Positions 51,831 to 64,000 of a stretch of DNA of 64,000 nucleotides are shown piece by piece. This stretch comes from Chiloscyllium plagiosum. Its lineage: Eukaryota. The stretch covers positions 41,582,844 to 41,646,843 of the forward strand of contig NC_057728.1 of assembly GCF_004010195.1 (NCBI RefSeq), read 5' to 3'. Below the pieces are notes generated by a model that did not search any database, had not been told where the DNA came from, and worked only from the letters and a program-made list of their open reading frames with translations. A program made the translations under genes and the position numbers. How positions within the stretch are numbered: position 1 is the stretch's first letter; every line of letters begins with the position of its first letter.

Positions 51831-53744
51831 TCCAAGCAAAAGATGACAAAATAAGAACTCATTTGGACTTCACCCCAATTAGCTTCAGGGTCTTGCGTTT
51901 AGGATTCAGAAAATTGTTCATATGCTCTAAATAACTGCATTTATAACCTTTATTGCAGCATTTCCTACAAACGGAGATGTTACCTGTCTGAGTTATGCTA
52001 CCAAGTTAGCTCGGGTCTTCATTAAATACGCCCAGACTTACAATTTATGGTTGAAATTCCAGTTCCACCGAACTTAAAAAGAGTTGACCCAGCAAGACAC
52101 AAAAATCATCACATAAAATGGAAGGCTGCCAGAGACTGAGGCCAGTTATGATGTAGATACAAATGTCATGATGAGCAACGCTGAGCGGCTATAATTAAAG
52201 GGGAACTACTGCAAACAGATTTTAGGGCGATCACATAGGGCTGAAGAGATAGTTAAAGATCAACAGAAACGTTATTTGAAGTGTCTGTAGCTATTGCAAT
52301 AAAATCTTATACAACATCTGCAAAAGATTATTAAAACTCCTGGCCAGAAAATGAATTAGAAAATTCACATTACAAGTATGAACTTTCAATTGTTTTTAGT
52401 AACAGCTCTCAAAAGTGTAATTATATTCATGGGCAGTTAAGTGAGCACATTTAACAGATCAAATTTTTAAATACTTCAACTATCATACTTGTGGAATACA
52501 GATTGAAACCTCTAGTGTAAATCCTCATCTTGTGCTGTCAGATCCCAACACACAACACCCTGATTCATCTCAACCAACTCAGAATGCAAAACTGAAATAG
52601 CTACAACTGATAATCTTCTGACCTTGTAAAGGATGGTACTGATGGGAATTTATTTTTTTTTTAAAATGAAAGTCAGCAACGGTTTCTTTTTTATATAATT
52701 GAAAATATTGTTAATCCAATTTTTCAGAGGTGGAGGGAATTCGAATGTTCAGATGTAATTTCATCTTCATCTGTGTAAGACCTCACCTCACCTTTAGCAG
52801 GAAATGGGGCCAAGTCATTGGAGCTGGAATATAATAGAAGCCTGTATTGTACGACATGAAGCCATCAATAAAATCTGCCACAGGCAGTAAAAGAAAGTAT
52901 ACGAAAGAAAGCTGCGTTACTGATTTCTTTACTCAGAAATATTACATTTCATTGTCATTTTCATGGTAAGTGCATGGAATTTTATTTTCATATTTCTTAG
53001 TCATAGCTTAAGACCCCGTGAATAGGAGTTTTCTTTTGGAGGGAAAAAAAACAAGTGCAGCTGTGTCCTGCACATGCTCACCATCAATGGCAATCATACC
53101 ATTTCTTTTAAGTTGTCCAAATGTTGAACCTGACAACGCACTGAACTCTGCCTTTACCTTTATTTTGAACATTCTCAAAAATGTAAAATGTATACTTTAA
53201 AAACGGATATCAAAATCTATTATTATTCACATTCACGCGGTGGGGAAAAGAAAATGAAAAAAAATCTACTTGTTTATATGCGAATATCCACTTGATTTGT
53301 ATACAGCTTCAACAGTCAGATGCCAATCATACAATGCTATCATTTTTAGTGTTGGAATAGTTGAAAGACTATTAATAACTTCACTTCAGACTTTGCAGAC
53401 AAATTTGCTCGGGTGACTCATTTCCTCATCGTGGAATGCTGACTGGAAGGAGGTCTGCATTCTCTGGATGCCCAGTCTAGTTTCCAGCTTGTATCTCGAA
53501 ATCACATATGACTTAAATCAGTTATTGTACAGGCTGGCAGTACTCTAGTAATCCTAGCATATCCAGTAAGACATCGCCTTCGTCGTGAGCAACATAATAT
53601 TTTGGTGCTTTTAATGGGAACACAGTTAATGGTTTTAGTCATATATTTTGAGTCACCTTCCTTCACTGCCGGTGCTGCTCATCATGTTTTCAACGATTTC
53701 ATATCACCTGTTTTCTACCAATATTTTGTACATTAGTAGCAGAG

Positions 53745-54020
53745 ATCACAGATTTAAGATAACTGGCAAATGAAGTAATAGTGATTTGAGGAAAAGCATT
53801 TCCATGCAGTGAGTGGTTAAGGGTCTGGAATGCACTGCTGGAGACTGTGACAGAGGCAGCTTCAATTGATGCAGTGAAGAGAGAATTGAAATGCTATACC
53901 ACAAAGAATATTCATGGCAACAGAGAAAAGATGGAGAAAGGGCAAGAGGTAAATTGATCCTACAGTGTTGGTGCAGATGTAACAGGTTGAATGGGCTCCT
54001 TCAGTGCTATATCCATTCAG
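53745..54020 (+). mobile_element. CR1 3' fragment
   Basis: CATGCAGTGAGTGGTTAAGGGTCTGGAATGCACTG and CR1-type tail. Confidence 0.7.
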
Positions 54021-54022
54021 TA

Positions 54023-54476
54023 GGTTAGATTCCCTACAGTGTGGAAACGGGCCCTTTGGCCCAACAAGTCCACACCGACGGTCCGAAGAGTAACCCAGCC
54101 CCCCTCTGACTATTGCACCCAACATTATGAATCGACGTTTCGGGCATAAGCCCTTCTTCAGGAAGAAGGGCTTGTGCCCGAAACGTTGATTCTCCTGTTC
54201 CCTGGATGCTGCCTGACCTGCTGCGCTTTTCCAGCAACACATTTTCAGCTCTGATCTCCAGCATCTGCAGACCTCACTTTCTACCCAACATTATGGACAA
54301 TTAAGCATGGCCAATTCACCTGACCTGCACATCTTTGGATTGTGGGAGGAAACCGGAGCACCCGGAGCAAACCCATGCAGACACAGGGAGAATGTACAAA
54401 CTCCACACAGACAGTTGCCAGAGGCTGGACTCAAACCTGGGACCTTGGTGCTGGAGGCAGCAGTGCTAACCACTGC
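54023..54476 (-). mobile_element. HE1-like SINE interrupted by a PLE cassette
   Basis: Matches the reverse complement of the 32721 SINE on both sides of the insert. Confidence 0.88.
54117..54295. mobile_element. PLE family A cassette with short inversion and 13-bp TSD
   Basis: ACCCAACATTATG at 54117-54129 and 54283-54295; intact core on - at about 54130-54162. Confidence 0.88.
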
Positions 54477-55004
54477 TGTAATTCTCAGATCATTTGCGAA
54501 CAGGATTTGACTTTTTCCAGGAACAATTTTGTAATTGTAAAAGAACGGAGGCATCCAATACACACATACTGATTCCCAATGGTCATGCCTTTTAGAGAGA
54601 TATAGTAAATCATAAGCAAAGCGATTTCTAAAGCTTTAAGGCATGGTAATGGGAGCAGAAGCAGAGGTGAGGGAGGGTTGAAGAGAAGAGAGAGGGTGAG
54701 AGTTTTTCCAGGCTGTGGGAGACCAGATCAGAAGCAGGACAGGTCAGGAAATTAGCAGGCAAGTGTGTGTCAGGGGGCTTACTTAGGTGTTATCACCTCT
54801 AGAGATTTTACCTACATGAGCAATATGTTTGTTGATAGTCGTAGGCTCGCCAGCAGTGAGAAGGCAATTAAAGTGAGTACGGACACAAGGGATGAACATT
54901 ATTCAAGGAATATGGAATGCTGCCACCAGGGTCCAGCTGTTGCTTTAGCAGCTGACAGGAAGTTGAAGCAAGGTGAGGTTTATTCACAGTGGTCACTTTA
55001 GAAG

Positions 55005-55298
55005 TTCATAGAGTCCCTACAGTGGAGATAGAGGCTATTCGGCCCATCGGGTCTACACAGACTCTCAGAAGATCATCTCAACCTATCCCTATAACCTCAC
55101 ACTTACCACTGTTAACCCACCTCACCTGCAACTACAGGGCAATTTAGCATGGCCAATCTACCTAACCTGCAAATCTTTGGAGTATGGGAGGAAACCATAC
55201 AGACACTGGGAGAACATGCAAATTCTCCACAGGCAGTCATGCTAGGCTGAAATTGAGCCCAGGTCCCTGGTGCTGTGAGGCAGTAATGCTAACCACTG
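55005..55298 (-). mobile_element. HE1-like SINE
   Basis: GGGCAATTTAGCATGGCCAAT...CCAGGTCCCTGGTGCTGTGAGGCAG..TGCTAACCAC. Confidence 0.85.
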
Positions 55299-55933
55299 TT
55301 GACAACATGTCACCGACTTAAAGAACAGAACTGGCAAGAGTCAGGAAATCCTTAGCACACACTTGCAATTCAGTTTTGAAGCAGAGTCTATGGCCTTGAA
55401 ATGTTAACTCTGTTTTTCGCACTCTTCAGATGCAGCCAGACCTGCTGAATTTCTCAAGCAGTTTCTCTTTTCAGATTTCCCACATGTGTTATCTTTGACT
55501 TGTACTTGCTTGCCTGGCTACTGCAGAAATCCAACTCCAGCAGTTGGTGGTGGGATTTAGGCATGGGTATTGCTCCCTACAGCACTATGGTTCCCTCCCA
55601 CCCCCATCTTGAGCCACCACCATTGGTTCCATTCACTGCAGCATCATACACTCATGGTGTACTACTTACCACCCACTACTAATTGGCTGGGTTGTGACTC
55701 AAAAATCATCTTTGAAACGTGAAGGACAAAATTCAGCACGCAGCAAAAGAAGACCATTCTTATACAACATTCCAGCATCATACTTAGAAAAGGGCATTCA
55801 CATTTCCAATTTTTAAAAAATGACTTTTATTCCAGCAATGACATCAATCCAGGTGCACTCAGGAGTTTAGGCTATAAAATGACTGGAATTTATGAACTGA
55901 TCCACTTTCTTTCATCTGGAAAATAGAATAAAC

Positions 55934-56576
55934 AGAATCCTGGGGTTGGAGACACAAAAAGTGCAGTTGCTGGAATTCAAGGTAGACAAACAGGAGGCTG
56001 GAAGAACACAGAAAAACCAGGCAGCATCAGGAGGTGGAGAAGTTAAAAGTTTCAGGACTGGGTGGTGAGTGTAAGGGAGCTGCAGATGGTAGTGGTTGCG
56101 AGAGGGGTGATGGGGTAGGGATATGTGAACATAGGTAGAGGTTACGGCCTGGTTAGTCAGTGGGAGGAATGAATTCATTTGATAGCTGGATGGAAGGGTT
56201 GATCAGAGGAATGGAAGGGAGGAGGGGGGGGGAGAGCTGAAACGGGAGTTGGGGGAGGGGTTGGAATGGGAGTTGGGGGATGGGAAGGGAGGCTATTTGA
56301 AATTGGAGAATTCAATGTTGATTCCTCCAGGCTGTAGGCTTACTAGGCAGAAAATGAGGTGTTGTTCCTCCAATTTGTGGTCTGATTCACTGTGGCAATG
56401 AAGAAGGCTAAGAATGGTGACATTGGAAAGGGAATGGGATGGGGAATTAAAATAAGCGGTGACTGGGTGGTCAAGTCAGCCCCTGCAGGCCCAGCTGACA
56501 TGCTCAGTGAAATGTGTCTCAAGTTTATGTTTGGTCTTCCCAATGTAGAGAAGACCACAGAGAATCCTGGGGTTGG
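55934..56576 (-). mobile_element. Older PLE 3' fragment with 16-bp TSD
   Basis: Minus strand GLLYIGKTK (GIY-YIG); AGAATCCTGGGGTTGG at 55934-55949 and 56561-56576. Confidence 0.8.
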
Positions 56577-56667
56577 TTGTAAACCATTTGGTTGGACAAC
56601 ATTGTGCAAATTTGGAACTTAAAATGCATGTGGGGCTTCAAACGTATCTGGGGATAAATATGACATA

Positions 56668-57254
56668 CAATGGTGACCCCTGAATCTGAACGCCCTATTG
56701 TTCAAACAACTTGGAATCCGAACAATTATTTCGAGAAAATTTTGCCCCAAAATCTGAACACATTTTCAGAATTCAAACACTACGTAGCGTTCAGGTCACA
56801 GATTATTTGTTCAGTTCGTCCCGGGAAGTAGTCGTGAAAGCATCTCTCGTGTGTCCATCACTAGTTTACCTTGTGTTTTCACCTTGATTTGTGCTTTTTT
56901 TTAAATTATCACCCTTGTGCATTCACCATGGCACCCAAGAAGACCAGTGAAGCAAATAAGTGCATTCACCATTAACACTCCTCACTAAGGTAAATGAAGT
57001 TATTTTCATGTTAGCACATTTATTTCTTGCTTTTATTATTATTACTTGATATTTAGGTCATTTACTCATCTTATTTTACTTAACCATGTGTATTTGCAGT
57101 TAAAAGTGCCTTGAAAAATTTTTTTTTTGGGTCCAGAAACTGATTAATTCACTTTCCATTATTTCTTATGGGGAAAAATAGTTTTGGACTCCGAACTTTT
57201 TGCAATCCGAACAGCCTCCTGAACGAATTAAATTCGGATTCTGAGGCACTGCTG
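56668..57254 (+). mobile_element. Tigger/pogo-like non-autonomous DNA transposon
   Basis: Imperfect TIRs CAATGGTGACCCCTGAATCTGAA / TTCGGATTCTGAGGCACTGCTG, TA on both sides, internal AATCCGAAC repeats, and ATGGCACCCAAGAAG (MAPKK) as a possible transposase start. Confidence 0.75.
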
Positions 57255-58869
57255 TATTAAAGTCTCCCATGGATTACTGTTGAAATAGGAAACTTAAAAA
57301 ACTTCAGCACTGTTAAAAGGCAGTGTATCTCTCAAAATTGAGCGAATTTTCAAAGCTAGAGTGAAACTCAGCCGAATGTAATGGATCGATACAAACTAAA
57401 CTAAAATATTAATGGCTAAATACTGGTCAGAACAGATGCACAGATGTAACAACCTGTAGGTATGTTTAATCAACCTGATCAGACATGTTACAACACATTC
57501 CTGGGGAAGGTGGGACTTGAACCCAAACCTTTTAAAGAGAAGTAGGGACACTACCACTCACAACAACAACAGTTGTATTGAATTAAATCTACATCATAAG
57601 TAGCTTTGCATAAAAATAAAAAGTCCTGATCCACTTATTCTGGAGAGTTCTAAAACTGGTGACTTAAATGGTCAGAGATCTGCACTAAGACTTATTTAAA
57701 AAGCTACTATCTAAACTGGGTGATTATTAGGTTTATGGGGTGACTAATCTATGGGGTGAAAAATTGACAATTGGTACCAGCACGTGCAGTTTACAAAACC
57801 ACTCACACACTCTGATAGAGAATCTAGACAGCTGCTCTGAATCACCGGGCTTCCAGACTGAATTCTTTGATTGGAACAGTTCAAACTCAATACCCTACCA
57901 AAGAACCTAATGGGCCTCCTCCCCCAGTTCCTAAGAAACTCAAATTTATACACCAATATCTTTCAAAAAGGTGGGATTTGAGTTTGAACAAATTCCTCTC
58001 CTGAATGTTAAAAGAGTTAGGCCAAAGCCAAATTATTTCCAATTTGTTGCCTGACTGATGTGGAAATTCAATTATAATTCATCAGCTACTTGTGGGGATT
58101 CATTAGAAGCTCATGTTTACGAAATCAAAACAGACAGGTTCAATCAAGATGAATGTGGGTTTTTCAACACAAGTTGGCCCTCTTGTGGCACAGTGGTAGT
58201 GTCCCTGCTCTCGGACAGGGTTCAAGTCTCACCTGCTCCAGAGGCATGTAATAACAGCTCTGAATAGATTGATTAGGAAAAACTAAAAAATTAAAAATTC
58301 AAACACAAATTGAATGTTCTGTTACGTGATATAATGATTGCTTCTTTTGCCAGTTCTAGTCTAGAGTAAAATTCTCTGCTTTGACAGAGGATAACAAAAT
58401 ATAACCTACAAGCATTTCTATAGGGAACTGTTGTTTATTTTGGAAGAGGGGGCAGACGTACATGTGTAACTTTTCTTTTAAATAAATATTATCTGAAGAG
58501 ACCTAATGCTACTTTTTCCTATATGTTTGAGTGCTATGACGTACAAGTGCATGCTCACATGCGTCAATAGAGCATTAGGAGCTAGTGTATGAATACAGGA
58601 GAAGGCTAGATCTAAAGTAGGCAGCCACAATGTGGCTGCATTATTCAGGACTTGGAAAATAAATAGTGAGATGGTGCTAAATTTCAACCGATATGTTTTA
58701 GGAAGAGAAATTTGAATACATCAGCTAAGACTTCTTTCAAGATTAAAGTAGTGGATTCTGTGAGTTCTCTACCCAACAGCAGGTCTGACTCATTGCCTCC
58801 AACAAAGGTCACAGAGACTTGAAGTCACCCCAGTCTGAACAGGGATTGTACCGCACCCGTGAACAAAAT

Positions 58870-59195
58870 CTTAGAATCCCTATCGAGGCTATTCAGCTCA
58901 TTGAATCTGAACCATAATTCAGCTCATTGAGTCTGAACCATACTGCCGAAGTACATCCCATTCACTCACCCCTCCACCCAATCCCTGCTAATCCACCTGT
59001 GGGGCACTGTGGGGCAATTCGCCAAGGTAAATCCGCCTAATGTGCATGTCTTTGGACTGTGGGAAGGAACTGAAGCACCCAGAGGAAACCCATGCAGGCA
59101 TGGGTAGAATCACCACACAGACAGTTGCCAAGGATGGAATCAAACCCAGGCTCATTGGTGCTGTGAGGCAGCAGTTCTAACTACCCAGTCACTGC
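58870..59195 (-). mobile_element. HE1-like SINE with a 26-bp tandem duplication in its tail
   Basis: TTTGGACTGTGGGA..CCCAGAGGAAACCCATGC..GGAATCAAACCC; ATTCAGCTCATTGA.TCTGAACCATA twice. Confidence 0.8.
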
Positions 59196-59799
59196 TCCAC
59201 TCCAGCTATCTGAGCCACTCACCACTCCCTATCCAGCAACGTTGTACATTGGAGCCGAGAACTCTGGATAGTGGCGACTGAGACTCGAAACTCTTGCCAT
59301 CAGATAGCTGACCAGGAAACTCTCCTGCTTTTCCCTCTGACCAATGACGTGTATCGGAAGGATTTACAAGTTAGTACTCAAGCTGTTTGGCCACATTATG
59401 AGCATACCTTCCTTGGCCATCATGGAATGTAAACTGAACATAGAGCATCTGATTCAAAACCTCTACCCACTACACCACAAAACTCACTCCTCTCAAAATT
59501 AGTGGCCAACAGCTTGCATTTTTATAGTGCCTTTAATATTGAAAAGCATTCCACAGCAATTCACAGATGCAAAGCACATATCTTTGAAATGGTCTCATTG
59601 TATTGAAAAGAGAAATAATGCATGTTGAAGGCAATTATTAATAAAAACTAAAGGCAGCAGAGTTAAACATAGAACTGACTGTCCACAAGTAGTTACATAT
59701 TTAAAATGAATACAGTCAAAGTTACTGGGTGAAAACCAAGAAATTTCAAGACTCCAAATCCAATTTTTCAGCCACTTAGTCATGTCTGAACTGTACAAG

Positions 59800-60245
59800 A
59801 ATCTCTGTCAGCTTGGCTCAGCTGAGTCAGAAGGTTGTGGCTTCTTGCTTTCATCAAGGATTTCAGCATGCAATTGAGACTGACAAGACAAATGCAGCAT
59901 TGACAGAGTGCTGCACTATTGGTGGTGCCATCCTTCAGATGAGGCATTCAACTGAGTGAGTTGTTGTCAGCCTGTTCCAGTGGTTGAATTGGGCGTTAAA
60001 GATTCCAGGAAGCTATTTAAAGAGGAGCAGGGAGTTTCCTAATTTGTCCTAGTCAACATTCCGCTCTTTCCTAAGAATGCTAAACACAGATTTACAAATC
60101 ATTTGTCTCATTTGTTATTTGTAGATCATTACTAATTAAATAGTCACTTCATTTGTCTACCTTACAATATTGATTAAGTTTCAAAGTTACTTGTTGCTAT
60201 AAAATGCTTTGGGACATTGAACCATAAGTTACAAATAAATGCAAA
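59800..60245 (+). mobile_element. Deu-domain SINE (SacSINE1/AmnSINE1-like)
   Basis: GTTAAAGATTCCAGG..CTATTTAAAGAGGAGCAGGGAGTT..GTCCTAGTCAACATT resembles the recalled Deu core; tail ATAAATGCAA. Confidence 0.65.
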
Positions 60246-62209
60246 CTCTGTCTGTCAGATACTGAGGACTTAATACGACTGGAGTATTTTTATTCAAAAT
60301 ATTCCAGGATTTCAGAAAACAAACTTTAAAAATATACTTGTTTCAATGTGCTCATCGAACAAAATACAGGAAAGGATTGAGTGTGGGAATATTTCGACCA
60401 CCAGTAAATACTCGCAAGATATATGACAAGTGGGTCTGATTATGCTACAGTATTTCAAGGCTTATTTTAAGTTGTTTAGACTTCATAGTGACATCAGCTA
60501 GAGTTGACGTGCTTCAACATACTGAATTACAGTAATACTGCCAATCTCCCAGCTGGCCAGGGGAATACCTAAATGCTCCAAAATATGGCATCCAGCCCTG
60601 ACCACCACAGAGTTAAACTATGTATTTTGCTTTCCACGTCCAAGCCTCCAGACAAGAGCCCAGCTTAACCAGAGCGCCAGAAAAAAACCTCCTAAAGTGA
60701 AAGAATAAGCTTCGAAATAGCTTTCAGTTTCACAGCAAATTCTAGACTGACCAAGTTTCAGGTTAGCCAGAAATGAAAGTTGACTGCTCTAAGTGTGCAA
60801 TTTAGGAAAGCACAGCAGTGAATCTTTTAAACAAATTATTTGCTCAGTCTCAAGGGATGAATGTCACATGTGAGGAGATTTTCAGAAAAAAAATGTCTAA
60901 TTCAATGAAGCGTTCAAAACATTGTCCTATCCACAGAAAGTTGAAAAGGAGTCACCTGGACTCAAAATGTTAGCTTGTTCTCTCTCCATGGATGCTGCCT
61001 GACCCGCTGTGATCTCCAGCATTTGTTGTCTTCAGTACAGATTCCAGCATCTGCAGTAATGTGTTCCCACAGAAAGTTATAGTTCTTGTTATTCCTACAA
61101 ACATAGTTGAAGATTTTGTCTGCAGTAATCTGGCTGTTCTCTGGAAAGAGTAAACACAACTGCAGATAACTGCTTTGAAGCTCTGTTTACTTGTAAAATC
61201 AATGTTGTTTTCTTTGACTACATTGTCCTCCCAGTGTAATATCGTAGTCCAGACTACCTCCCATCAAAAGGTACAACTTGCCAATATTGGGTAAGTGTAG
61301 ATTTCATGATGAGTTGGCAGAAGTTTAATAATCAATCTGCAGTTCTGCCAAATAAAGGATTTTAACATGGTTCTTTTATATACCTCATCACTGATGAGTT
61401 TTTGGAGTCCAGACTTGATGGACTGAAGGGCCTTTACTGTACTCCATGACTCTACGAATCCATGGCTCTGGCTGTGACTAGTGTATGTTTTGTAAATGAG
61501 GAGGAGTTTTGTTTGTGACACCCAGAAATCCAGTCACTGAATTTGGAGGGTCAAGGGACGGTTTGATAGTGGTAGGGATGAAGGCTGGAAGGGAGCATTC
61601 CCTTTCATCTTGACCCACAATGCAGTGCTGAAAGGCTCTAAAATGTTTCTACAATATAGTCCTTGTCTTCCTTTAGTTGTCAAGCGAAACCTCACAGGAT
61701 ATATATGAGCATAGCTTCCATTAGAATATTTAAATAGACAACTCACTGCCTGGGAATGGATTAGTTGCCCTTCATCCTTCACATGAAGCCAGAGCAGGGG
61801 TTTGGTCAGAGTGAGGCTTGAGATGTTTACACATTTTAAATTTCCACACAATGCCAACCACATCCCATTTTTGGGGGTTAAATTTTTTTTTTCTCATGTA
61901 GTTCTGCTTGGATTCCATTAAAAGTAGCAGTACATTCTGCACCCATCACCTACTCAACCATCTCCAAAGGTCAGCTCTCAATTCTATTCACATCAGAGCC
62001 CAAAGACTTAGAAATATGTTATTACTCTTATAAATGACGCATTCTACAAAGTAACTACATTTCAGAATAATGTTGTGGTCAAAATACAATTTGACAGGAG
62101 ATACTTATGCTTTCCCCAGTTTGTTTAACTGTTGACCCCAACAATGCAAACTGCACAGTTTCATCAGCGTTTGCTCATAGGTGCCTGAGGAGAACCAAGA
62201 AATGAAACA

Positions 62210-63182
62210 GAATATGGATGTGCATTAGTGAACAGATTAATAAATTCAGCTTCAGGCAACCTGCAACTCGTGAAACTCTGTCAGCATTATAATCCAAGAC
62301 ATTGGCTGAAGGCATTCAAGTAGATGGAACCAGTGTTACCAAAGAAGATTTATTACAGTCTGATCCATACCAACCTGAAGTATGGGTTGCATATGAACAT
62401 GCTTCCATCGATACACCTACGATCTACTAAGGTTCATTTCTGGTAGTTTAACACAGTAAATAGTCGATAGTTCCTATGTGACAGCGCTCATTGGATACAT
62501 CCCATATTGAGAGTGAGTAAAGGAACAACAGGGACCTTCAAGGAATCATTAAATTTCAATGTGTTCCCAAATAAAAATCCTTTATTGGCTTCCAATTAAT
62601 CGAGACAACTGGCAGCATGGAAAGTCTTATAGCTCGTCCAATAACTATATCGTAATACACTCGTCACTTCTTCCCAGCAGGGTAGGGGTTAATAGGACAA
62701 CATTGCCAAAATGGCAGAAAGAGAATCAGCACCAATCAGTTGGAGAGAACACCTTTAAGGTTACTGGCAGAACAAAGGTCAGCCCCTAAACTAGGTTCAT
62801 CTATAACCATAGTAAAAGCAAAATACTGCAGATGCTGGAAATCTGAAATAAAAATGGAAATAAAAATTAAAATCCAAAATGGAGAAACTCAGCTGGTCTG
62901 GCAGCATCTGTGGAGAGAAAAACAGAGTTAACACTTCAAGTCAGTATGACTATTCTTCAGATCTACAAATTGCTCCATTTACCCTCCCAAAACTATAAGT
63001 GACCTGGATTTAGCTACAATACTGGTAGCCAATTGACAATGTGAAGAATTGCCCAAACATGATCCTGCACACAAATATGCCTTCAGCCAATGTCTTGGAT
63101 TATAATGCTGACAGAGTTTCACGAGTTGCAGGTTGCCTGAAGCTGAATTTATTAATCTGTTCACTAATGCACATCCACATTC
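62210..63182. repeat. 106-bp near-perfect inverted repeat pair
   Basis: 62210-62315 is the reverse complement of 63077-63182 with one mismatch. Confidence 0.95.
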
Positions 63183-63440
63183 ATGTCTATTCTCGTTCAT
63201 CAATAAAGTGATGGAAAAGGTCATCAACAGTTTGGGTTCCAACAGGGCCACTCAGTTCATGACCTCATTACAGCTTAGTTCAAACACAGACAAAAGAGCT
63301 AAACTTCAGAGGTAAGTGTGGCTGTCCTCTATATCAAAGCTGATTTGCCGAAGTGTGGCATTAAGGAGCCACAGCAAAACTGGAGTCAATGGGAATCAGA
63401 GGGCAGAGCCATACTCGCACAAAGATGATGGTTGTAGCTG
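63183..63440 (+). mobile_element. Decayed CR1/L2-clade RT fragment
   Basis: LFSFINKVMEKVIN, QFGFQQGHS and KLESMGIRG. Confidence 0.7.
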
Positions 63441-63444
63441 AAGG

Positions 63445-64000
63445 TCAAAGTCAGAGAGTGTGGAAAAGCACAGCCAATCAGGCAGCATCCAAGGAAGAGA
63501 ATTGACATTTTCAGCAAAAGCTCTTCATAAGGGGGTGGCCCAAAGGGGCTGAGAAATAAATGGGAGAGGGTTGGGGCTGGGAGGAAGGTAAATGGGAATG
63601 CGATAGGTAGATGAAGGTTGAGATGAAGGTTATCGGTTGAAGAGGGTGGTGGAGTGGATAGGTGGGAAGGAAGATTGACAGGTGGGATGGTTCAAGAGGG
63701 CACTCTTCCACTCATTTTCTGCCTTGGAACCCTCCAACCACATGGAATCAATATGGATTTCACCAGTTTCCTCATTTCCCCTACCCCCACTTATCCCGGA
63801 TCTAACCTTCCACTCGGCCCTGCCCTCTTGAACTGTCCTACCTGTCCATCTTCCTTCCCACCTATCTGCTCCACCCTCCTCTCCGACCTATCACCTTCAC
63901 CCCCACTTTCATCTACCTATCGCATTACCAACTACCTTCTCCCTAGTCCCAACTCCTCCCATTTATCTCTCAGGCCCTTTGGGCCACCCCCTCATTCCTG
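63445..64000. mobile_element. Palindromic PLE 3' fragment, running off the window end
   Basis: 63530-63700 is an imperfect reverse complement of 63820-63990; same PLE 3' UTR as 41255-41500. Confidence 0.8.

Noticed and set aside
59340..59362. Promoter (CCAAT, TGACGT and CGGAAG clustered)
   Set aside because: Short motifs with no CpG island or downstream gene; compatible with chance.
62100..62430. Coding exon or endogenous viral fragment
   Set aside because: All frames examined contain stops, and no protein similarity was recognised.

Overview
Repeat-rich vertebrate genomic DNA, very probably from a shark or other elasmobranch (inferred from HE1-like and Deu-type SINEs, abundant CR1 LINEs and a GPR139-like receptor). 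It opens with about 5.7 kb of a 50-bp satellite. Nested CR1/L2 LINE fragments, SINEs, two LTR-like remnants, two Tigger/pogo-like MITEs and many short Penelope-like element (PLE) insertions follow. One intact protein-coding gene is supported: a two-exon GPR139/GPR142-like class A GPCR (24767-24836 + 26012-26916), preceded by a decayed duplicate of its exon 1. An RPS29 processed pseudogene carries L1-type insertion hallmarks. The most notable signal is that three distinct PLE-derived repeat families share a minimal hammerhead-ribozyme core (CUGANGA-A-stem II-GAAA-palindrome-UH) with compensatory changes between families. Many copies are short, often palindromic cassettes flanked by 13-17 bp target-site duplications. 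PLE hammerheads are known in general, so novelty here would lie in the lineage and the cassette architecture. All analysis was by eye, and boundaries of decayed repeats are approximate.
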